Part shown: positions 53,145 through 61,565 of the stretch, piece after piece | Position numbering within the stretch: position 1 is the first letter of the stretch | Layout: each line of letters opens with the position of its first letter | NCBI GenBank assembly: GCA_029060285.1 | Contig: JAIDUH010000005.1 | Coordinates: forward strand, 1-63,935 | DNA length: 63,935 nt | Direction: 5' to 3' | Source: Muribaculaceae bacterium | GTDB taxonomy: Bacteria > Bacteroidota > Bacteroidia > Bacteroidales > Muribaculaceae | Translations under genes and position numbers: made by a program | The notes under the pieces: model-generated | The model's database searches: none | Seen by the model: only the letters and a program-made list of their open reading frames with translations | What the model was told of the DNA's origin: nothing

Positions 53145-54199
53145 AAAGACTTTCCCTCCGCCAACGCATCGGGCTTGAACTCTTCCGAAAGATAAAGCAT
53201 GAGAAATGCTTAGAGCATCCATTGCGTCAGCTTTTCTGGGAATGCACGTGGCGGTGCAATCTTTCTTGCCGCCACTGCGGAAGCGATTGCAAGAGTTCTT
53301 CAATGATTCCTGATATGCCTGCAGAAGACTTCCTGAAAGTTATCGACTCGCTGACTCCTCACGTGAATCCAAACCACGTGAATATAATCATCACAGGCGG
53401 AGAACCACTTCTCAGAAAAGATCTTGAATATGTAGGGCGTCAACTCTACGACCGTGGCTATCCCTGGGGATTCGTCTCAAATGGACTGGCGCTAACTCCG
53501 GAACGATTCCAGAGTCTGCGCAGAGCCGGGCTTCACGCCTTGACTATAAGTCTTGACGGACTGAAGGACGACCATAACTGGATGCGGTGTCATCCCGCAT
53601 CTTTCAACCGCGCTACGGCTGCGATACGCATGGTAGCCGCTACCCTTGACATCAATTTCGACGTGGTGACCTGCGTAAACCAACGTACACTCCACCGCCT
53701 GACCGAAATTAAAGAACACCTGATCTCATGCGGAGTGAAGGCATGGCGTCTCTTTACAATCTTCCCTTCAGGGCGCGCCGCAAATTATAAGGAATTCAAG
53801 ATGGGTCATGAGGATATGAAGACCCTCATGGAGTTCATAAAAGCCACTCGCAAAGAGGGACGCATCAAGGCATCATTCTGTTGCGAGGGCTTTCTCGGAA
53901 GTTATGAAGGAATCGTCCGCGACAGTTTCTTCACCTGCCAGGCAGGAGTGTCAGTGGCATCAGTGCTTCTTGACGGTGGAATCGGTTCATGCCCGAGCAT
54001 CCGCTCCGACTACCGGCAGGGCAATATCTACAAGGATGACTTCTGGGAAGTATGGCAAAACAAGTTCCAACCCTACCGCGACAGGGAATGGATGAAGACC
54101 GGACCATGTGCCGACTGCTCCTTCTGGCGCTACTGCGAAGGAAACGGCATGCACCTCCGCGACTCAGACGGACGCCTAATGCATTGCCACCTCTCTTGA
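53141..54199 (+). CDS. Radical SAM/SPASM enzyme, rSAM/lipoprotein system type (TIGR04133-like)
   Basis: CxxxCxxC (CNLSCRHC), TGGEPL, ISLDG, SPASM cysteines CQAG...GSCPS and CADC...YCEG. Confidence 0.88.
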   Translation: MKRLSLRQRIGLELFRKIKHEKCLEHPLRQLFWECTWRCNLSCRHCGSDCKSSSMIPDMPAEDFLKVIDSLTPHVNPNHVNIIITGGEPLLRKDLEYVGRQLYDRGYPWGFVSNGLALTPERFQSLRRAGLHALTISLDGLKDDHNWMRCHPASFNRATAAIRMVAATLDINFDVVTCVNQRTLHRLTEIKEHLISCGVKAWRLFTIFPSGRAANYKEFKMGHEDMKTLMEFIKATRKEGRIKASFCCEGFLGSYEGIVRDSFFTCQAGVSVASVLLDGGIGSCPSIRSDYRQGNIYKDDFWEVWQNKFQPYRDREWMKTGPCADCSFWRYCEGNGMHLRDSDGRLMHCHLS

Positions 54200-54237
54200 A
54201 AATAATATCTTCAGAAGAAAAATTATAGGCTGATATC

Positions 54238-54924
54238 TTATTTTTTGCCCCGGCGGATAGAGGTATTCAGCCAATAAGCTAACGAAACTGAAAGGGTACG
54301 CTGCTTGCCGTTGCCGTAATAAGTGACTGTGGCAAGACCGAGATCGTATTCAGCCTTAAGCGTGAAATGACGATAGTTGATGTTGAGCGCAAAGGCTAAT
54401 CCAGCATCTGCCCGGTTACTTGGTCTGTATGGCGCAATGCCATCGGTGCTTTCCGTGTAAGAAAATGTCGCTACTCTCGCTTCATATGGCTGATTGAAAT
54501 TATCCAGTCCAGTGACGAAAGAGTCGCCGTTTATACCCGCCGCGAAGTATCCCCCTGCTTCCGGTTTAATACTAAACTGTTTGCCCAAATTGAATTTATA
54601 CCCAGCCATCAGAGGGATCTGAAGATAATTCATCTCCGCAAATTTTATGGAGCTGATTCTTACGTATCCCATATTATCACCCGATGTTGTTGCACCCTTG
54701 CGGATATATGCAAATCCGGATTCAAAAGAGATATGATTGCCGAGGGTATATTCAGCGTTCACCCCGATCTTAAAGCCATTTCGGGCGGTTGATTCGTATT
54801 CCTCCACAGCAAGTGTGTTGTTAACATATCCTGCCTCTGCTCCGAAATTCCAACCTTGTGCAAGTCCATTGAGTGGAATTGCAAGTAAAGCGGCCGTTGC
54901 CATTTTCAATAAAGAATGTTTCAT
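54238..54924 (-). CDS. Outer membrane beta-barrel (porin-family) protein
   Basis: Signal peptide, alternating strands, NYLQIPLMAGYKF, C-terminal LSVSLAYW. Confidence 0.82.
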   Translation of the reverse strand: MKHSLLKMATAALLAIPLNGLAQGWNFGAEAGYVNNTLAVEEYESTARNGFKIGVNAEYTLGNHISFESGFAYIRKGATTSGDNMGYVRISSIKFAEMNYLQIPLMAGYKFNLGKQFSIKPEAGGYFAAGINGDSFVTGLDNFNQPYEARVATFSYTESTDGIAPYRPSNRADAGLAFALNINYRHFTLKAEYDLGLATVTYYGNGKQRTLSVSLAYWLNTSIRRGKK

Positions 54925-55043
54925 ATTGAAGTTGTTTTATTTCGTTGTTTCGTTGATAAGACGCGAACATCAACGAAAAGTCCTACTCCAAAAAAAAATA
55001 TTTTGAACTGGCTGATCATAGCATATGATCTCTTATTAAACTT

Positions 55044-55076
55044 ACAGGGTGCTGAATTTGAAATTCAGCACCCTGT
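55044..55076 (-). terminator. Hairpin terminator of the ferredoxin gene
   Basis: ACAGGGTGCTGAATTT-g-AAATTCAGCACCCTGT. Confidence 0.8.
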
Positions 55077-55103
55077 GTTTCTGATTTGAGTCTTCTCTGA
55101 AGA

Positions 55104-55271
55104 TTAGCCTTCTGAGATAGCGTCGCTCGGGCAAACCTGTGCGCAGCTGCCGCAGTCGATGCAGGTGTCCGGATTGATGTGGTAGATATCGCCCTCTGTG
55201 ATAGAGTCAGTGGGGCATACGCTCTGGCAAGTGCCACATGCGACGCAGTTGTCGCCAATTACATAAGCCAT
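55104..55271 (-). CDS. 2[4Fe-4S] ferredoxin (55 aa, absent from the ORF track)
   Basis: Manual translation MAYVIGDNCVACGTCQSVCPTDSITEGDIYHINPDTCIDCGSCAQVCPSDAISEG, with two CxxCxxCxxxCP motifs. Confidence 0.95.
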   Translation of the reverse strand: MAYVIGDNCVACGTCQSVCPTDSITEGDIYHINPDTCIDCGSCAQVCPSDAISEG

Positions 55272-55397
55272 AATTGTAATTCTTTTAAAGGTTTGTTATT
55301 TTTATAAGTGTTATCAGCTCGTTTTGTAATGCAAATTTAAACCTAAATCCACAATCCACCAAACATTCAGCCCATAAATCGACTGCTCAAACCCTAA

Positions 55398-55414
55398 TTT
55401 AGACACCGTCTAAA
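55398..55414. promoter_or_regulatory. 7-3-7 palindrome upstream of the ferredoxin promoter
   Basis: TTTAGAC-acc-GTCTAAA. Minus-strand -7 element TAAATTTG at about 55332-55339. Confidence 0.45.
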
Positions 55415-55459
55415 CAAATATCAATTCCCAAAAAGATAGTAAATCTTCTTGAGAAACAA

Positions 55460-55494
55460 GACTCCCGACCGATAAAAATCATCGGTCGGGAGTC
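55460..55494 (-). terminator. Hairpin downstream of the M3 peptidase gene
   Basis: GACTCCCGACCGAT-loop-ATCGGTCGGGAGTC. Confidence 0.75.
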
Positions 55495-55590
55495 ACCCGT
55501 ATTTATATCTATTTATATCTATTACAAGCACCTATGACTTGTTATAGCCTGAACACAGCTAATTATGAAATATGCATTGTGCATCGTGAA

Positions 55591-57741
55591 TCAGTGCTTG
55601 TCCTTATAAACTTTGATATCCTTAGATTTCTGAGGTGCATCTTCAAATCCTCTCAGGCGAAGAAGAGCTTTTGCATCAGGAGCATGACCTCGGAAATCTT
55701 TGAAGAGCTCAGTGGCGTCCTTATCGTCGCCGCTCTCAAGGATATTCTTCTTATAGACTTCCGCTGTCTTCTTGTCGAAGATACCCTTCTGCTGGAAAAG
55801 CTCCCAGGCATCCGCCTCAAGCACCTGTGCCCAAAGATAAGTGTAATATCCTGAAGCATATCCGTCATCGCCAAAAATATGCTTGAAATAGGGAGAGCGG
55901 TAACGGTAGGTGATCTCTTCCGGCATGCCGATCTGCTCTGCAAAAGCAGCCTCAAAGCCCGGTACATCTACATTCTCTCCGTCAGTCTTTCCCCACGCCA
56001 AGTCCAGAAGGGCAGCCCCCGCAAGTTCTGTAGTGATGAATCCTTGGTTAAATTTGGCGGCATCCTGAATCTTCTGGATCATTTCCTCGCTGATTGGTTC
56101 TCCTGTCTTGTAATGCTTGGCATAGTAGCGGAGCACTTCGGGAGAGGTGGCCCAGTGCTCATTGAGCTGTGAAGGAAGCTCAACGCAGTCACGGTCTACA
56201 TTAGTGCCGGCAAGTGTCTTATATTTTGACTGTCCGAGCATACCCTGAAGACCATGACCAAATTCATGGAACATTGTCTCCACTTCATCAAGGGTCAGGA
56301 GTGCAGGCACATCACCTGCCGGACGAGAGAAGTTGCATACATTGTATACAATCGGACGCTTCATGACACCATCAGCATACATTCCTGCAGGCTGCATCTG
56401 CTCCATCCAGGCTCCCTGCACCTTCGTGCTGCGTGGGAAAAAGTCTGTCATGAATACAGATATGTGTTCCCCGGTCTTCGCATCCTGCACATCATATACA
56501 GTCACTTCGTCCATATACTTCGGAGCATCAGGCATCTCTACGAGCTTAATGCCATATAGCTTCTCTGCACAATAGAAAAGACCGTCCTTCACATTCTCAA
56601 GTGAAAAATAGGGCTGGATATCGGCATCGCTAAGACCAAATTTCTGCTCCTTGACCTTGCCGGCATAGTAATAATAATCCCACGGTGCAATCTTGAAACC
56701 ACCACCGTTTGCGTCGACGTATGCCTGCATATCTGCCACTTCCTCCTGCGAACGCTTCACTGCCGGCTCAAACACCTGAAGGAGCAGGCTTTCGGCTGCC
56801 TCCGGAGTCTTCGCCATCACCTTTGCTGTCTGCATCTGAGCGAAATTGTCGAATCCCATGAGCTTCGCTTTCTCCGCACGGAGTTTGACGATCTTTTCAA
56901 TTATGGGATAATTGCTGTTTGCGCCATAGCTCGCAAGTGTAGTATATCCTTTGTAGATTGCTTCACGCAAGCCGCGGTTGTCGGCTGATTCAAGCACCGG
57001 CAAACGGCTTGGAGCACGAAGGGTGAATACCCACAGTCCATCAAGACCCCGCGCTGTAGCCTCTTCAGCAGCTGCTGCCACTACATTCTCAGGAAGGCCC
57101 GCAAGGTCTGCCTTGTCATAAACCGTCACGAAAAATTCATTGGTGGCATTGAGAAGGTTCTTATTAAACTGTATGAAAAGTTTTGAAAGCTCATCGTTGA
57201 TCTTGACGAGCTGTTCTTTCTTTTCAGGAGAAAGGGCTGCCCCTTGCTCGGCAAACTGACGGTAGTATTTCTCTACAAGACGTTTTTGCACGGGTGTCAG
57301 ACCCATTTTATCGCGCATATCATAAATGGACTTGATGCGGTCAAAGAGCTGCTGGTTAAGCATCACTTTGTTCTGGGCATCGTTGAGAAGAGGAATTGCT
57401 TCTTCCGACATGGCTGCAAATTCAGGAGTCTTCATGCAGCTGTCATAGTGATAGAAGACACTGGTCACCCTCTCAAGAATCGGAGACAGGTTTTCGAGCG
57501 GCACAATCGTGTTGTCGAAATCCGGGGTAGCCCTGTTGCGCAAGATGTTCATAAGGTTCTGCTCCTGCTGCTCGATTCCGGCCTTGATGGCGGGAATGAA
57601 ATCAGATGTCTTGATCTGCTCAAATGGAGGGATCTCATACTTTGACGTATAAGGCTCCAAGAAAGGATTGCTTTCTGCCATTGCTGTCATTGTCGATGCG
57701 GCTATCAATAATGATGCCGCCATTGCTTTAAAATTTCCCAT
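55591..57741 (-). CDS. M3 family metallopeptidase (peptidyl-dipeptidase Dcp-like), exported
   Basis: Signal peptide, SNPFL, GAWM, FHEFGH, VELPSQLNE, YASGYYTYLWA. Confidence 0.92.
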   Translation of the reverse strand: MGNFKAMAASLLIAASTMTAMAESNPFLEPYTSKYEIPPFEQIKTSDFIPAIKAGIEQQEQNLMNILRNRATPDFDNTIVPLENLSPILERVTSVFYHYDSCMKTPEFAAMSEEAIPLLNDAQNKVMLNQQLFDRIKSIYDMRDKMGLTPVQKRLVEKYYRQFAEQGAALSPEKKEQLVKINDELSKLFIQFNKNLLNATNEFFVTVYDKADLAGLPENVVAAAAEEATARGLDGLWVFTLRAPSRLPVLESADNRGLREAIYKGYTTLASYGANSNYPIIEKIVKLRAEKAKLMGFDNFAQMQTAKVMAKTPEAAESLLLQVFEPAVKRSQEEVADMQAYVDANGGGFKIAPWDYYYYAGKVKEQKFGLSDADIQPYFSLENVKDGLFYCAEKLYGIKLVEMPDAPKYMDEVTVYDVQDAKTGEHISVFMTDFFPRSTKVQGAWMEQMQPAGMYADGVMKRPIVYNVCNFSRPAGDVPALLTLDEVETMFHEFGHGLQGMLGQSKYKTLAGTNVDRDCVELPSQLNEHWATSPEVLRYYAKHYKTGEPISEEMIQKIQDAAKFNQGFITTELAGAALLDLAWGKTDGENVDVPGFEAAFAEQIGMPEEITYRYRSPYFKHIFGDDGYASGYYTYLWAQVLEADAWELFQQKGIFDKKTAEVYKKNILESGDDKDATELFKDFRGHAPDAKALLRLRGFEDAPQKSKDIKVYKDKH

Positions 57742-57777
57742 TATCTAGTTTTTTGATTCATACATTGTCAATTGATT

Positions 57778-58527
57778 TCATAGTTTTCCTCTTTTCAAAG
57801 CCCGTGGTATAAAACTCAAGTGAGATCCTATTGCTTTCATCGCACCATAATGGGCAGACATAATCTTGAATCTCTCTATAAGTGACGCTTTCTTATTCTT
57901 CTCGGTCATTCCATCAGCAAGATAATCGATCGTCACTCTCTTTAGATTCACTCGGTCGCCCGCCCTGGAAGCCTTTATGCAACGGATACACCAGTCATAG
58001 TCAGATGAAAACTTATAGTCGGTGTCATATAGAGGTGCCAAGTCTCTTCTGACCATAAATGCCTGATGACATATCAGCATGCCTTGACTGAAACTGTCGA
58101 GGGTCAGAATCGGAGGGGCTGAGAGATGACGCGGCCCGATGCGTTTGCCTTCAATATCCACTATGTCTGTGTCGCCATAAATTATATCCGGAGCTGAACT
58201 CTCTATCGCGTCGGCATAAGCCTTGAGTGTATCAGCAGAATGAAATTTATCCCCCGAATTCAGGAAGAGAATATATCGCCCGTGTGAAAGCTTTATTCCC
58301 TTGTTCATGGCATAATAAAGTCCATTGTCCGGTTCACTGATGATACGCAGTGAAGGAGAACCCATTTTTCGGGCTATCATTATTGTTTCATCCTTGGAGG
58401 CGCCATCCACGACAATGTGTTCAAAATCAGTAAATGTCTGTTCAGTGACTGATTCCATTGTGATCGGAAGGGTTTCCGCAGCGTTGAAGGTGATCGTTAT
58501 CACCGATATTAGAGGTCTCTTATCCAT
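57778..58527 (-). CDS. Glycosyltransferase family 2
   Basis: ISVITITFN, VVDGASKD, EPDNGLYYAMNKG, FLNSGD, ICHQA. Confidence 0.92.
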   Translation of the reverse strand: MDKRPLISVITITFNAAETLPITMESVTEQTFTDFEHIVVDGASKDETIMIARKMGSPSLRIISEPDNGLYYAMNKGIKLSHGRYILFLNSGDKFHSADTLKAYADAIESSAPDIIYGDTDIVDIEGKRIGPRHLSAPPILTLDSFSQGMLICHQAFMVRRDLAPLYDTDYKFSSDYDWCIRCIKASRAGDRVNLKRVTIDYLADGMTEKNKKASLIERFKIMSAHYGAMKAIGSHLSFIPRALKRGKL

Positions 58528-58538
58528 CTTCTATTCCA

Positions 58539-59852
58539 TTAAAAATCTATTTCAAGTACATAGACCGGTTCAGAATCAGATCCGGTCTCTGCCACTTTCT
58601 CTCCGTCACCCTGATGACTTGCCTGCACAAAGACATTCAGTTTCCTCTTCTCGTTCCAAAGATTCATATCATGTGAAGGCTCCCACGCATCGACACTGAA
58701 ATCCGTAAGGTCTGCTACCGTCCAGTCTTTTTTACCCAGATTGGGGGTGTAAGCTACGCTGACCTTGCCTCCTCTTTCTTGATCCCGGAAAATGTAGCAA
58801 GCCTTTTTGCCGTCAGAGACAATTCGAGGTCGTGCTATCGGTATCATCTTGGTCCCTCCGCCTGAGAGAGAAAAGGGCTCTTCACGGTTTCCCACAATGC
58901 TCATTTTCCAATCCTTTCCATCATGCCACACAAGCCGGTATTGTGGCACCTTGCTGTCCTGGTCTCTCCAGTAAGTGGCAATGAACGGATGTCCCTTGCT
59001 GTCGGCTGTCATGCTCGTCTGGTTGATCAGTTCTGAGTTTTGAGGTATTGCCCACGCCTTTTCTGCCGTCGCTTCAATGATAGGCAATTGATAGTGACTT
59101 CCGTCGCTGCGTTTCCAGGTCTTTCCCCCATCGTCTGACATAGCATAGCAAAGATCATGGTTTGTCTCGACAAGCCATGTCTCACGCCACACCCAAGAAA
59201 GATGGAGTTTTCCCTGAGGGTCAGCATACATTTGCCAGTATGCGTTGCGTTTTCCTTCTCCATCTATAAGTATATCATGAAGTCTTTCCCATTCCTTAGC
59301 TTTAGTATCGTAATGGTTCAGCACAAGGTTTCCTCTTCCTGAAGCTCCTGATCTATAGGCAAATATCAAGTCACCGTCGGGCATGGTGTAAAATTCAGGA
59401 TAAGTGACGTCCTGCTCATCCTTACCCGTCATCGGCATCATGTCGCCAAGTTCAAGACTCCCCGGAGCCACCGAGCGTGCATAACGCAGAGGATGACCAT
59501 GATGGTCAAACGACACATGGATATATCCATCGCCATCCACCCCAATACTGATCACATTATGGGCATCCTTGATGTTGCCTTTATATTGTGTCTTATGAAG
59601 AGTCCATTCTTCAGTGCCCGATTTTCTTTTCCCGAGTGTCAGATATCCATCTGGATCATAATATGATATATATTGCGTATCGCCATGCGTTGCAAGTGAG
59701 CTACCCCGAAACACTGCAGTGTTGACCGATGTCGCGGCATACCCATCACCCACTTCAATAAGTTTCCCTTTCACCCCCTTGGCTGAAGCAAGAAGTGTGG
59801 AGGCCACTATTAAAAAGGCTAAGATTATATGATGTTGTCCCTCTTTGATCAT
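58539..59852 (-). CDS. BNR-repeat-containing protein (BNR_4-like, possible polysaccharide lyase/hydrolase)
   Basis: Signal peptide, DAHNVIS, FDHHG, TYPEF, YRSGASGRG, SDDGGKTW Asp-box. Confidence 0.78.
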   Translation of the reverse strand: MIKEGQHHIILAFLIVASTLLASAKGVKGKLIEVGDGYAATSVNTAVFRGSSLATHGDTQYISYYDPDGYLTLGKRKSGTEEWTLHKTQYKGNIKDAHNVISIGVDGDGYIHVSFDHHGHPLRYARSVAPGSLELGDMMPMTGKDEQDVTYPEFYTMPDGDLIFAYRSGASGRGNLVLNHYDTKAKEWERLHDILIDGEGKRNAYWQMYADPQGKLHLSWVWRETWLVETNHDLCYAMSDDGGKTWKRSDGSHYQLPIIEATAEKAWAIPQNSELINQTSMTADSKGHPFIATYWRDQDSKVPQYRLVWHDGKDWKMSIVGNREEPFSLSGGGTKMIPIARPRIVSDGKKACYIFRDQERGGKVSVAYTPNLGKKDWTVADLTDFSVDAWEPSHDMNLWNEKRKLNVFVQASHQGDGEKVAETGSDSEPVYVLEIDF

Positions 59853-60017
59853 ACTCTATCTCTTACAGAAATTGTTTCCTTTTACAAAATTATCCATTTC
59901 AATCCTAATTTCCAAATTTAACCTAATTTTTTACGTTTCATTGAACTTTTTATATCTTTTTAAGGTTTAAATTGCAATAGGTGGAATGCCATATGCATTC
60001 CTTAACACGATTCCATT

Positions 60018-61472
60018 ATGAAAAACACTTCTGCACTTGCAATTTTATTTGCTTTGACAGCATCCCAGTTCTCATTCGCACAGGATCATCACAGAGCCAT
60101 GACGTTTGACGCACCCGCTCGAAAGACTGCAAAAGTTTCACAAGCAAAGGACACTCTACAGACTCCTCCTGCTGAGGTAGCTTCAGCAGTGCCCGCAGAA
60201 CTACGTTTGAGATCAAATTCTTTAGTAGATGATCAGAAAGAAGCTCTCTTGCGCGACCATAAGATAATCTATATCGACGGACGCCCTGAGAATCCTGACT
60301 CCAAGCAGCATCAGGACTCCATTCGTGATCTTGTAGAAAATTTCTTCTACGATCAGTTTCAGAGTTTCTCCGATCCCGCTGCGCCATACTTCCTGTTCAT
60401 GGGTAAGAATGCGGAACTCGCTATGGGTATTGGAGGTTGCGTAAGGATCAGGGGCTGGTATGATTTTGATGCAGCCATTCCTGCTAACAGTTTTACTCCA
60501 TACCTTATTCCGATGGTGAAGGATCCTGCCAACAACAGTAAGCTCGGTGCTACGCCTGCAGGATCAACACTATTCTTTCGTGTAATCGGAAAGAACAAGA
60601 CTTTCGGCAATTATCAGCTCTACATAGAGGCTAACTTCAATGGATACGGAGGCACTGATTTCCACCTCAAAAAAGCTTATGCCCAACTCAACAACGTGAC
60701 TCTTGGCTATGCTTCGTCTACATTCTCCGATCCGGCAGCTCTCCCACCGACGGTAGATGCCAACGGCCCGGCCAACAAGATATCTCCGACGTCTGTCCTC
60801 GTAAGATGGATGAATACTTACAAACAGCGCTGGACTGTGGCCGGTTCGGCTGAGCTTCCCAAAAATGCGGCTGTATCTACAGTGGCAGGAAAAATCGGAA
60901 CAGCAAGCCAAACATTGCCGGATTTCGCTGCTTTCATACAGTATGCCTGGGGCAAAAGCGAGCATGTAAGACTTGCCGGTCTGGCCCGCTCTCTCCCTTA
61001 TGAGGATATTCTCAGCCACGAACGCCATCACAAATTCGGATGGGGAATGCAACTCTCTACTGTTGTGCATCCAATTTCCCCGGTTACTCTTTATGGCACA
61101 TTCAACTGTGGGGAAGGACATGAAAGCACTACAGGCGATCTGCAGGTCGGCAACTATGACCTTGTCCCATCTCCTCATAACCCGATGGATATGTATGCAC
61201 CGTTCTCTCTCGGCTGGTGTGTCGGCGCTCAATATAATTTCCTGCCAAACCTGTTCGCCTCTGTCTCATATTCCGACAGCCGCTATTTCCCGCGTAGTCC
61301 ACGCGAGGCATCTGAATACAGATATGGAAACATTTTCACAGCAAATGTATTCTGGAATCTGACTCCGCGCATTCAAGCCGGATTGGAATTTGACACGGGC
61401 GTTCGTAAGAACTGGAGCGGCAATTCCCGTCGCGCCGATCGGCTCGGAGTGATGGCACAATTCTCTTTCTAA
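60018..61472 (+). CDS. DcaP-like outer membrane porin
   Basis: Signal peptide, YIEANF...FHLKKAY...STFSD, LPDF, C-terminal MAQFSF. Confidence 0.72.
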   Translation: MKNTSALAILFALTASQFSFAQDHHRAMTFDAPARKTAKVSQAKDTLQTPPAEVASAVPAELRLRSNSLVDDQKEALLRDHKIIYIDGRPENPDSKQHQDSIRDLVENFFYDQFQSFSDPAAPYFLFMGKNAELAMGIGGCVRIRGWYDFDAAIPANSFTPYLIPMVKDPANNSKLGATPAGSTLFFRVIGKNKTFGNYQLYIEANFNGYGGTDFHLKKAYAQLNNVTLGYASSTFSDPAALPPTVDANGPANKISPTSVLVRWMNTYKQRWTVAGSAELPKNAAVSTVAGKIGTASQTLPDFAAFIQYAWGKSEHVRLAGLARSLPYEDILSHERHHKFGWGMQLSTVVHPISPVTLYGTFNCGEGHESTTGDLQVGNYDLVPSPHNPMDMYAPFSLGWCVGAQYNFLPNLFASVSYSDSRYFPRSPREASEYRYGNIFTANVFWNLTPRIQAGLEFDTGVRKNWSGNSRRADRLGVMAQFSF

Positions 61473-61522
61473 TGACACAAGATTTAAAACTTATAACTTA
61501 ATACGTTTTACTATACCTAAAA

Positions 61523-61553
61523 GGCCGCACCGGAGAATAATCCCGATGCGGCC
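61523..61553. terminator. Hairpin between the convergent porin and GH43 genes
   Basis: GGCCGCA...GG-loop-CC...TGCGGCC (imperfect stem). Confidence 0.6.
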
Positions 61554-61565
61554 GAATTCTAATTT

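Noticed and set aside
55016-55258. 80-aa minus-strand ORF in the track
   Set aside because: Wrong frame. The real gene is the 55-aa ferredoxin at 55104-55271.
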